From: Dicyema japonicum | Lineage: Eukaryota; Animalia; Dicyemida | Assembly: GCA_011109175.1 (NCBI GenBank) | Contig: RDEW01000081.1 | Span: 7,152-71,151 of the forward strand | DNA length: 64,000 nt | Direction: 5' to 3' | The notes under the pieces: generated by a model | Seen by the model: the letters and a program-made list of their open reading frames with translations, nothing else | What the model was told of the DNA's origin: nothing | Database searches by the model: none | Translations under genes and position numbers: made by a program | Shown here: piece by piece, positions 23,715-35,700 of the stretch | Numbering within the stretch: the first letter of the stretch is position 1 | Layout of the letters: every line of letters begins with the position of its first letter

Positions 23715-25299
23715 NTCTTCAAGAGTGTAATATATTAGAGATACCTGGTTCAATAACCATTATATTGTAAGTGCTTTTAACTGAATTTATGTTTGTCTCG
23801 AATCCTAGATTAACCTCGATAAGGGAGAAGGTTTGTATCATATCTTTGATGGATTCTATATTTTAATCATAAAACATTTGACAATCAAACACAACATTGT
23901 TGTGTGGTACTTGAACGAATTGATTTTTGGTCGTGTTTTGTTTTTCTATCGTAGATGTCCGTCAATATTTTCCGGATTCCTTGCACATTTGCTAAGGGTT
24001 TAATGATTCATCGTTGATGGCTCTATTTAACCAAACTGCTGATTGTATTTCCCAAAGTTGTACTAGCACACCCGAATTCTTGGATTGAAAAACTCAAATT
24101 ATTATAATTGCGGTTTTGGGGCTAAAACAAGCATTTTTATGATTGCATTTCAGGACTGAATTCTTCGGTTTTAACTTCACTTGCCCAAACTTATTCGGGT
24201 AACACTTATACACATGTCGCCCATCTAGGACTGGCATACATTGTCTCTACCTTAGCTCCTCCAGATCAAGTAATAAGACTTTGAATTTTAGTAATTTTTG
24301 ATGAATCTGTCGATTGGCGTGACCTTCAAAGATAATTTCAAAAACTTTAACTTTAATCATTTCTAAGCATATATACAAGTTCCAGACATGGTGACAACGG
24401 GAGACTGCCCACGTAGGTAAAAATCAAAACTTATTTTTTAAGTTATACAGATTTATTTGCAAATATCCAGAGAGATGTAATCTTAGCTGCATCCTTTTTT
24501 CCTAATTTTATAGGGAAATTAAATATTTGCTTATAAATTTAGATATTTGTAGAATTTCAATCCAAATTGTAAGTAATCACTGTCATTATCTTGGAATTAG
24601 AGTTTGTCGTCAACTTACTTTTATTCCCCATCTACACATCAGAGTCAGTGATTATGTCTCTGTTAGCATTCAATTGAATGTCATCACGACTAGCACATGC
24701 CATTTTAACAAGCTGGTCGGAAGCAGAGGTAAACTCTTCATCAGGAGACCTTCCTCCCGTTCTTGTGTTCAACTAGCATGCTGAAGACATTTTCCAAATA
24801 AATTCTTTGCTACAGGTATGCTGAACAAAGTTAGAAAGAACGGATAGACAACAGTTGGTCAAATGACGCTTTTGTTAACCAGAAAGTAAGGAAATATAAA
24901 GGATGGTCGTACAAAAGATGTGACTGCAAAAACTATTGCTATAAAAATACAAACTTTGAAGAAAACCAACGAGCATACTGCAACTGCACAGCAAAAAAAG
25001 TAAGAGTGAAAGCTACAGGAATTAGCGGAAAGAGAGCAAAAAATCAATATAAAATTAAAATTCCGTGATATCAAGTTTCCAAAATTATGTGGATTGGAAT
25101 CTCCTAAAAACGCCAGAATAATGAGAGAAGGCCTATGTTTCTTGTTTTAATTTAAGGAGAGAGATAAAACTTCCTCTATCGGAGAAGTTAACTTATCTGT
25201 TCTTTTCGTAAATATATAAGGTAATCGAAATCCAAATGTGGCACTCGGAGATTGTTCTGAAGAATGCACCAAATGGGTGGAGGCTTATGTGAAAGAACT

Positions 25300-28200
25300 T
25301 AACTACGTCACTGAGTTACTAAACGACTGGTGAAGCTGGGAAATCCGTCCTGCTAAGAAGTCCTTTATCCATGTGAAGAGTTTCTTTTGGATGTCAGCAG
25401 CCGCATGCCTTGATAGGAGGGCATCATGCCACACGCTATCGAATGCTTTGGACTGCTCCAAACACACCAGGTTGACTTGCCTCTTGAATTCCAGGCCTCT
25501 CAGTACGATCGAATACATGTGGTGGATACAATCCGTGCAAAATTTCTCAGATCTGAGCCACATTGTTCCGCGAGAAGGAAACAACTCTTTTCCATGTGCT
25601 CGTTTAGTCTTTTGAAGATAATTCTCTCAGCAATCTTGGAGATAGAGCAATTTAGGCTGATCGGCCTATAGTTAAAAGGGTCCCTCCCCGACTTTCTTGG
25701 TTTAAGTATCATACTGACAATAAAGGATTTCCAGCGTCTTGTGACATATTTATGATCAATGCTTGCGTTGAATAAGTTCCTTAGTAAGAGCAGCAAATCC
25801 TCTAAACCTTCCTTGAACATTCTCATGCTAACGCTTATGTCTAGGAGCGTGAGCTTTGCATTCTCTAATAGCAACTACGACGTCTTCTGTCGTCATCCTT
25901 ATATTGGTATCTTTGAGATCATCCAGAGAATAGGTAATAAGTTTTTGTGAAGCTACCAACTCTTCCTTCGGAATCAGCTTCATTGGGTTGACTCTTTGGA
26001 TACGGTCTAGTGCTTCTTAAAGATATCTGGGGCATCTTCTGTAGAATATGACCCACCTTCTGGCTTGTTCAAAAAGATTTTCATTTTTTCCCTCTTCTGG
26101 CCAGTTATTCTTTGTAAATCTTCCAGTACGAGGAGTCTTTGGTTTTTAGTTTGCTTGCCTCGACCTTCTAATATCGTTCTAGAGCCAGTCTTGTTCCCTC
26201 TTCAATGGCTTTTTTGATTATCTTTAGTTGATCGGTCAATGTAATCCGGTCGATCCAGTCAACACATCTTCTGGGTTTGGTCTTAGTCGGTTTCTCTCTT
26301 CGGGAATAAGGTCCGTCCTTCCAGTTTTTGAGGTTCCTAGATATGTATCTTCTGTAGTGATTTCAATTTATCGTTGAAATGTCATATCCTGTGAACACTC
26401 ACTCAGTAGTGTCCGGAGCCAGGTTCAGTGTCATCACTTGCGGAATGTGGTCGCTCCCGATGTCCCACATGGTCTTCTGTCTCTCCACATAAGTGTAGAG
26501 CGGTGGTGAAACAAGGAACACGCCAAGCATAACTCCACCATGGTGAGAGAAGTGATTTGGCTCCTCCGACGTCATGATTTCAAAGCCAGTTTTATCACCC
26601 AATTTTCCTAGTCTGAGTTCATCCCCGTTAGTTCTGAGACACCCATATTTAACGTTCTTGGCGTTTAGATCTTCTACCAGGACAGACATATCGTTTCTCA
26701 CAAAAAATTCTTCAATTTCTGTAGAACACTTTCTGAGGTCTTTCGAATACATGCCTCCAACGTGTATCCATGAGCCACAGCAGCGCACCTCAACGGAAAC
26801 AAATTCACATTGTGTATTCATAATAACTTTTGGCTCACGTATCTGTAGGTCATTACTGTAGAATATTGTGGTTCCAGCACCAACATCAGAATCTTCTACC
26901 CACGGTATTTTTATAGAATTAAATCTTTGTAGCATTGTAGTGTTGGTCTTTTTCACCTTGGTTTTGTTTACCACTTGGATGTCAATCCTGGTGGTTGACA
27001 GAAGTAATGCTAAGTCATGACGTCTCTTCCTCAGGAATCGGGCATTCACCAGCACTATCTTGATGTCTCTTCTCAATTCGCTTTTAGGTAGCCCGGGTTC
27101 AGCTCTACCATTCTTTGTAAATCCACCCCGAGTATACCGCTTAGTTCTTTTAGTCTTGATCAGAGCTTTTCAAAAAATAATTCTCGCGGCACACTAATCG
27201 TAAAAAAAATAATCCACGGCACACATTAAAAAATAAAAAATTAAATTTTTAAGATGTGTAAAAAAACTAAGTACAAAAATTGGTAATTTAATGCCCAAAT
27301 TTTTATTAATAGAAAAATGAAATCTTAATTATAATTGTTTTTGCATATATTCTCCGACAAAGATATCTTCATTATTTTTTGTTCATATTTATGACTAAAC
27401 ATAATCCGAGCAATAATACGACAAGCAGGGATTATCAAGTTTTCGCCAATAGTGTGAGGTTTTAGTTGTTTTGTTATCAATCCTGATATCAGGTATGAAC
27501 ATTTCAATGATTCCTTTGTGTTTACTAAAGTTTCACTGAACATCATTTGACTAGATCTACGATTCATAGTAAAAACTAAATAATAGTTGTGTTGTTTTTT
27601 CAAATGGATAAAATAATCCACAGATTTTTCGGAATAGTCCGGATGCTTGGAAGTAAAATGTCTCTTTAGTTTGCTAAAAACCATAGCATCATTTGCAAAG
27701 ACTCTCATGCAAATTAGACATTGAGGTAGTTTATTTTTATCTTTGCATATAAATCCAAATGACAAAAAAGAATCTTTATAAAAACGACGAACTGATCCAT
27801 AAGCACGTTGATGCGGACGTTATTAAAAAATTAATAAATAATAGTTAACCAATGTAAATGTCATTAATATATAATAAAAAAATGATTATTTTAATTTTAG
27901 TAATTATTTTAATTTGTTTATCTTTTTAAATTAATTAGGTCAAAAATGCATATAAATTTATTCAAATTTTTATTTGGCAGGCGGCACACTAGAAATTGTC
28001 TCGCGGCACACTTAGTGTGCCACGGCACACCGTTTGACAACCTCTGGTCTTGATATTATTTCCTCCAGTTCTTTTGCAATTTTCCTTGGTATATTTTTTT
28101 GGGTAGCCAAGCCGATTCTCGTGAATGAGGATCTGGTCCATTTTTGTTAATCCTTGGGCCAATTATTCTTTTTTGGGCCACTTTGTTGGTTAAAGCAGAG

Positions 28201-28960
28201 GTTATTCATCTGTTTCGGTTCCATATTGTTGGTTCGGAGACTTAAGTTTCGCCTGGCCTCCACTAGAACAGGGCATCCTCAATAGTTTAACGCACTTGGG
28301 TTCGAGACCCGGGTTCGCACTGCACTTGGAGGTGTCATGCTCTCCCGCATAACGGAAGCATTTCTTCCTTCCTGTGCACTGGTATGCAAGGTGACCGACA
28401 TGCTGACAGTTGTAGCAGATCGGCGGTCTTCTTCTCATCCACTCACAGGAGATCTTGTTCGTTCCAATGTAGAAGCCACAACGTATTAGCGATGCGGCCT
28501 CCGATTTATTATTAATTAAGGCTTTCGCCATTGGCATGGCCTGCGATCCTCTGGACATTTGGGTAACTTTTGTAGTTGATGGAACCATCTCCTGGAGGTA
28601 GTCAGAGAGGTCGTCCTCCTTCACCCAGAAGGGCAGGTTCCTGATACAATCTCTGACGGTTTGTTGAAATTGTTCTGAATCGGTGGTTGTCCGGACCAAA
28701 GGAGAAGTCTCATTCACGGTCTCCATAAAGGCGGTCATGTGGGGGTTGTCTCGGAAATCTATTCGGAAGAAAGCTCATCTGTGGCTTATCTTCATACATC
28801 CGTACTGGTCATAGAGGTATAGAATGTTCGCGATCCTTATCGCACTGGTAGAGGAATCGACTGTGATCAATAGAGACGAGTTGTCTGTGGAATTAGCCTT
28901 CATGGGTTCGTTTGCTTGTTTGGCCAATTCTGTTGAGTCGAGTTTCATAGGTTCACCTCA
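25300..28960 (-). mobile_element. Decayed I/Jockey-group LINE family A (ORF1 with CCHC knuckles, APE, RT; 3'-truncated), interrupted by a hAT element
   Basis: ORF1: CYNCQHVGHLAYQC and CFRYAGEHDTSKC. EN: VLVNARFL, VEDLNAK, IGSDHIP. RT: NYRPISL and LVCLEQSKAFDSVWHD. Confidence 0.88.
27161..28046 (-). mobile_element. hAT (Buster/Charlie-like) non-autonomous deletion derivative with TIRs and an 8-bp TSD
   Basis: The TSD GTCTTGAT is at 27153-27160 and 28047-28054. Imperfect TIRs are cagagcttttcaaa and cagaggttgtcaaa (reverse complement), with subterminal cggcacac repeats. ORF 27325-27765 has BED-type CLIC...LKRHFTSKH and KPHTIGE. The LINE sequence rejoins across the element. Confidence 0.92.
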
Positions 28961-29173
28961 AATCTCAAATAGCTCATTCTCGGACTGAATCGACTCTGTA
29001 GTTCCTTTTAACAAGAATTTAAAAATCGTATCTCAACCTTAACAAAATTCATCTTGAAAGATTCCAATACAAACCAGGGATCACTAGCAAGCTTTTCTGA
29101 TAAGGATTTTGGCTTATTTCCTAAGCAAATTAGAAAAAAGCACGTAATGAGGTTAGTTTTGAGTCGACTTATA

Positions 29174-29425
29174 GGGTTTCCCGACCATTAACACCACTTT
29201 CCAGATCAATAGCGTAGCTTTCCGATCCATTACCGTCATTTTCCCCATTAATAGTGTAACTTTCAAGTCAATAAGGGTAAAACTCATTTAAGGTCGGATT
29301 TTCAGTATCCTAAAGACCAAGAAGAGCTATTTCAGGATCTTCTACTTATATTACTGTAATTTAAATAAAAGTTTGTTTTTACTTAAAAAAATTTTTTACC
29401 CTTAAAAAATTTAGTCGGGAAACCC
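29174..29425. mobile_element. MITE candidate with 12-bp TIRs and degenerate ~20-bp internal repeats
   Basis: gggtttcccgac ... gtcgggaaaccc perfect inverted pair; paralog at 53117-53368. No clear TSD. Confidence 0.45.
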
Positions 29426-32400
29426 AATATCTGCTGAAAGTTATGCTATACACTAGAAAGTGGCAAATAGAATATTTAAACAAATTAGGCTACAGGAATC
29501 GCAAAACTTAAATTAATCAAGAATTAGTTTGATTGTTAACTAAAATAATCGTAAAACTTAAATTAATCAAGAATTTATTTGATTGTTGATTAACCAGCCT
29601 AAAAAAAGAAAAATTACAAAAGTCAATTATAAAGATAGAGCATTAAATGAATAAATCAATTAGTCGGAAACTTTTGATCGATTCACTACCATCTTCCTAT
29701 TCATTCTTTTATAATAAGGAGTATTCAGATCGACCCTCAGAAAATAAAATTTGAAATCATCTTTAGTAAAATTAAAGGCAAAAAATTTTTACTAATGTTC
29801 GGGTTGCTCCGATACTTCAATAGTATTTTCCCTTAAACGGACTAACACATACAAAAAAATAAAAGGATGAGTGAGGGGTTTGATTGTATAAAAACACAGC
29901 TTTTCGAATATGCTTTATCGGAAACTATCATTTTTGATAAACTTTCTGTGATCGTCTGATTGAAACAATCTTCTGACTTTGATTGTTGAGTCTTCCATGG
30001 AATTGAATAATTCTGAAATCTTCACACAATTTCTGATATGACCGTTCTTATTTTCTATTCCGTTGTCGCATTAGAGACTTTGACATATGACATCTATTTT
30101 CACGGAAAAACGAATTTTTTTAATTTTTGTCTAAAACATGGTGACGTTGTATTGAGCAAAAATAGGAAACCTTTACATCGGTCGTTTCTTAGATTTCCCA
30201 GAAAATCATTCGTGAAGTTAATTGTCCTCGTACAAGCCGTTACTACCCTATCACATGGATTGAAAAGATTAAGGTGTCGAAGGTAACTCGAAGATCTTTT
30301 GGGTTTTTTACGGAGAAGTTTTCTCATCTAGCTTGACGTCAATTAATAATTTCTCTTGTCTTCTGTATGACGTAAAAAGGATCAAACTGACTTCTCTGGG
30401 CTAGCTCTCAATTGATTTCAATAAAACAACAAAATCAGATTGTTCAGACTGTCCTGTAATCTTCGCGTCAATAATACTCACATCCAACGACTATATAACC
30501 CGCGTAAGATAGTAATATGCCGTTGTCATCTTGTGGAATTGCTAGGTCATTCGTAATAAGATTGAATAAGAGGGGAGATTATGGGGAACCTTTAGTAACG
30601 CAATTTAGTGAAAGTCTCAATGCAGACATCGATTACCCTGGTGTACTCAGGAAATTCACCAACTATAACTTCAGGAAAAAATTGTGGGATGATCTCACAC
30701 CAATCAAAGTAAATACCTTCTGGATTTGAATTGACAATCGACTTTATTTCCAATTCTCTTGTTTAGACCGAATCTTATAAATTCCTTTAATGTATTTAGG
30801 TTCATCGCTTATCTTTGAAACAATGCTAAAACCTGGCATCTGGGAAAGAAGTGCAGATGAGTGTCATAACCAGCCTTTATAGGATTCTTGACTGGACAAA
30901 CTCTAACACAATGCTTCATGAATTTGTTCAAATCCATCTGGTAATCAAGGTCTCCCAGTATTCTTACTGTCAGCGTTTATAATGTTCCGTAATTTCTTTC
31001 ACATCTTGTAAAGTTATCTAATTGTTCATGGCAGTGGATATGCGACTCAGTTTCTTTCCTTGTAAACGTTTTTCACTTTCGGAGATCTAGTATTAATGTT
31101 AATTTGTATCTACTATAGGGACTACCATATATGGGTTTTGGAATCTACATGTGCAGTAACTAAGTACTGGTCTTTATTCACGAATTGAAATCCTCTATAG
31201 CTACTACCACATCATTATTTTTAAGTTTCGTCTCCAGAATTGATCCTTAATGTATCACTTAAAGTTAAGTTATTATTATACAATCTTTTAACAGTTTACG
31301 GATAACTAACTTCATAACTATTCAAATAAATGTGTTTTATTTCCTTTTAAAATTTGTAATGATAATTAAAAAATCACTATTATTTTTCATAATGCTTCAT
31401 TTAAAAAAATAAAGTTATTAAAATGTCGCGTAGTCAATTGGTCACATGTTTACCAGCGGTCTGTTTTATATTCCTAAAAGATCCAGTTTGACTACGCAGT
31501 CATTTTTTCTTACTTTACAATTTTGTTAATAATTTACCTTTTAAATGCAAAAATTTAATTTTTTTAGTTTTCGTCTTCAGAATTGATCCTCAATGTATCA
31601 CTTTAAGTCAAAGCCGAGGATCCGAAAAGAAGGAAGTATAGAAGCATCTCTGAATAATTAATGTGAACATTGATCTATAGATCTAGAAAAATGTTATAAG
31701 ATAAAAGAATATTCGAAATTTTATTTATAAAATAAATTAAAAATTAGATGAGATAAATAAATATTAGAAATTTCATTACAGTGGCTTTGATGGAGGTTCG
31801 TTCCTTTATTGAGGTTCGTTCCTTAAAACTTCTGTAGAGTTTTTGTATATGTGGGTTGGAAGTCGCCAGTTTCAAAATTAGTTCCACGTGTGGTGTATCT
31901 AAATGATCAGATCTTAGCACTTCTTAAAAAAATAGTCAAATGTCGGGAATTTTATTTAATATTCCAGGAAATACCGGAAAGATGTTAAGAGTTAATTGAC
32001 GGCTAATTAAGGTAAATCCACTTCTCACGATCCTTTTTAATCATCAAGTCTATCCATATCCGTAGTTGTGGGAACCCCTCAAATCGAAAGGTGAAGAGAG
32101 TGATTTTTTGGTGTTTTTTAGACTAATGGATCACGTGACGGCTCTTAGGATTCAAAGTAGGCACATAGCAGTGAGTGGTCCTGAATCGTACCCACAGCTA
32201 ACTCTAGATTGTATTACATGATCTATATTAACAGATGGAAATAAGGTCGCGAATTGTTTAGAGAAGGGAGAATTTCTGGAGTGTTGAAACAGAGAAACGG
32301 GATAAAGGCAACTCCGAGTATTATTGGTGTTTGATCACATAAAAAACTGATTGAGTTGGGGTAAGATAAGAATTTTTTCAAATTTTAAGGTTAAAAATGT

Positions 32401-32460
32401 TTGCCCAAATCATATTAAACAAATATAATACAAACCAACAGAATCACAAATCAAAGAAAA

Positions 32461-34839
32461 TTAAACTAAGTCCCTTCGTTGTTCCTCAGTCACTGCTTCT
32501 TTTTTCTCACTAGCCTTGACATTGCTCTCCACTTGACAGTGCAGCTTCTCCATCCTATTCCTCAGTCCATTAAAATCAATCCTCATTCTCTGGATGTCAT
32601 ACCCCTTATCATTTTCACTGGTAAACTAAAAGTGACACGACCCATACTTCGGTGAAATTCTCGGATTCCACAAATTTGCCCTCAAATCCGTTTATTTTAC
32701 TAACGAACTCCCTCACAGACACCGATTGCTCATCAAAGTTCTTCATTTCCAAAATTAATTTTGCACACTTTGAGCTTTCTTCCAACCACGAGTCAATTTT
32801 AATACACAAATCGTGGAAACTCTCAGCAGCGACACAAGTCTACAATAATAATAAGTTAAATAACCTTCTCCTGTTCATTCAAATCCCGCAAAAGCTTAGC
32901 CCTTTTATCATGACAAACCTCAATCATCATTTCTTTAGTCTCCTCTAACTGTTGAAGACTCGAACATGTGTAAACATTCTCTTCCACGTAAGGAAGTTCA
33001 TTCTTTTTACAGATGCATTGAATCCGCTTGACAATACCCCTGATATTCTTAAGTTTTATATCTGCTTTCTCCACATTCTTTTCAAACGAGTCCAGATAGT
33101 CCAACCACTTATTAATAATATTGACTGATGACACCAACAGATCATCCCGCATGTCTTCGATCCAAAAGTCCATCCATTTCTTTAAAATCTCCAAATATAT
33201 ATTCATCATACAGTCACATCCACTGCATAGTCAAACAACAGTGTATCAATTTGCTCCAAAACTAGCATTCGATGTTTAATCTGCTTATACAATTTGGTGT
33301 TAAAATCCACAAACTCACTAAAAATGTTCTTAATCTCTTCAAGACGATTATCAACGAGACATATCAACGAATATCCATTATCACGCAAGTCTTTAGCATA
33401 ATCATCAAAACTCCTAATTATTGGGTCATCCATTGCGTTCATAACAATCCTAATTTCGTTAATCGTAGCCTTGATCACTCAATATGAGTACCTTCAAGTT
33501 AGACAATCCACGTGAGTTTATTTTTATCTTCATATTCGCCATCCACGCTTCATAACTGTCACATTTGCGATGGAAATTCATAGCCAGACTTTCAATCAAC
33601 TTAAGTCTACAACTTATCAAACACGTGACCTGGTACTTTCGGAATTTATCCATTCCTTGTAACTTTGAGACAAATCCACCAAACTAGACCAGTCCTCGAT
33701 AATATTATTTAGTTGTTCCTCTTCAAACTCACTCCTAGCTCTCAAAATGTTGGAGATGTTCTCCAATTCAACTTTCTGAGAATACTTTGATGGCATCTCT
33801 TGCATGGAAAACCATCGGTATTTCTCTAGCTGTTCCCTCACCTCATCAGAACTCCCAAATTCTGGTCGATTGGACAGCCAGTCTTTCTTGACATTGATCC
33901 ACGAGATCATCTCGGGGATATCCTCAAGCAGTGGCAAGGAAATCTCACTCTCGCTTACTCCTCGTAGCAAAGAGTATGCATTCTGTTCTGTCTTGATTGT
34001 CTACCAGTAACACAACTCTACACTAATTCATCATGTATAAATTTTTGATAAAGCGAAGAGACATATGTCATAACAGAACGCTCATCTGCACGCCAAGCCA
34101 TATCTAAGATGATAAACCTAGTTACCCTCGGGGTCAAGCATACAGGGTATATCGAGATGCTCCTCTGCTACTTGGAATGCTCGCTTTAGGTTCTCTTCCG
34201 ATGTTTCAGGCTTGGGTAAATACGATTAATGCCTGAAATCCGTCAAATTCTATTAGATCTGGTCTGTGTCTATGGATTATTGCCGCAAAGGCTAGTCCGT
34301 CCTTAAAACTAGTATGGAAGTTATTGACGTTCACTCCTTCATACCCATCAGTCTTTCGTTGACACCACAAAAGCAGCCCTTCCATGGCAAATTTATCTGT
34401 TGATTTAAAAATCCAGCCCTACTTTCCATCGTGATGTCCTGTATTGCGAACCGTAAAATTATAGCCCAGATCACCATCAGTATAACTTTGACATTTCCGT
34501 CGAGTATGTCTGAAAAAAATCAGTACATCAGTACCTTCTGCTACAACTGAAAGAGTTTCACTCCCTTGTTGATCATGAATTTAAGAGCCTGATTGAGGTT
34601 CATTATTTGATGAAGCCTGAGGAATTTGGTTTCAACCAGAGGAATTTTCTCGTTGGAAATTACTTCAAGCAGACGAATTAGTACAAATCCATTGGAGAAA
34701 TCAGTATCAAAGTTAACTATTTGGCAGTTGATTTTCCGGAGGTGGGAATTACACCAAGCTGTAAACACCTTCATTTATAATTTAATTTTACTTTTTTTTG
34801 TTGTTTCTAGCTTGAATGATATAGAATATGATCGCACAT
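32461..34839 (-). pseudogene. actn: Alpha-actinin-like gene copy 1 (2 CH domains + spectrin repeats, no EF-hands), disabled
   Basis: [73 protein letters not shown] and ADERSVMTYVS. Introns of 22-26 nt at 34769-34791, 34510-34534, 34397-34422, 34211-34232, 34104-34125, 34001-34023, 33607-33629, 33189-33211, 32840-32864 and 32626-32647. Lesions: TAG at codon 11 and a 1-nt deletion near 34552. Confidence 0.9.
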
Positions 34840-34997
34840 CTTCACAAACTTAAGTTAGTTACGTAAAATTTTATTAAAAATGTTGGTTAGCCAATTTATA
34901 AATATTTTTTACTTAAAATTTAGAACTTATTTTTTATCTAAAAATTTATGATTTTCTACCTATAAATGATTTTAAATTTATTGGCCACGTGGTGCAA

Positions 34998-35700
34998 CAG
35001 TGGGCCCAAAAAGTCATGGCACCACTTAATAAATTTTAATATTTTACTTTTAATTACTTTTTTTACAAAATTAAAAAGTATTAAGATATTGAAAATAATT
35101 TTAAATTTTTAAATTTTAATATTTGGTTAAGAAAAAACAATTTTTTTATATTTTTAGTGTTATTTAATGGTCAAAAAGTGTTGGCACGGTGCGTCATTAA
35201 TTTTTTGTTGCATGACCTATTGCAACAATTACTGCCTCTAATCTTCTTTTGTATGTTTCTATTAATTTACTCACGGCAGAATACTATTAACTACATTATA
35301 TTTTTTGGTCTTCGGATTCCTATCTATATTTTCAACGTTTTCCATAAATTTTCAATTGGGTTTAAGTCGGGAGGCCATTTCAGAACATTTAGTTGTAATT
35401 TTAGTTTTATGTTTCGGATCGTTATTATGTTGAAAACGTCCAATTATTTTTTAACTTTAATATATTGGTGGATGAAATTTAACAATTTTTCAAAATTACG
35501 ACGTACTTTTCGGTATTCAATATTTCATCTATGAAAAATAGTTCACCCACTCCTTGAGATGAAAAACACGCCCATAACATTATGCTGTTTCCTCCGTGCT
35601 TAACTGTAGGCATGGTACATTTTTTGTCATATTCTTGATTTTTTTCTTCCAAATATATCAAAAAGTTCAACTTTGGTTTCATCTGATCATAATATATTCA
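34998..35700 (-). mobile_element. Tc1-like element end with IR/DR-type terminal repeat and a transposase fragment
   Basis: The terminus cagtgggcccaaaaagtcatggcacc has a repeated caaaaagt..tggcac motif near 35170. ORF 35479-35682 contains PTVKHGGNSIMLWACFSSQGVG. Confidence 0.85.

Noticed and set aside
22865-23770. Long ORFs in the ORF track (also 2650-3553 and 61266-62253)
   Set aside because: They consist mostly of X from N gaps and are not real ORFs, apart from the short LINE part of 2795-3553.
29495-29600. 53-bp AT-rich tandem duplication (also at about 53440-53545)
   Set aside because: Real (present in both block copies) but an ordinary low-complexity duplication with no further structure.
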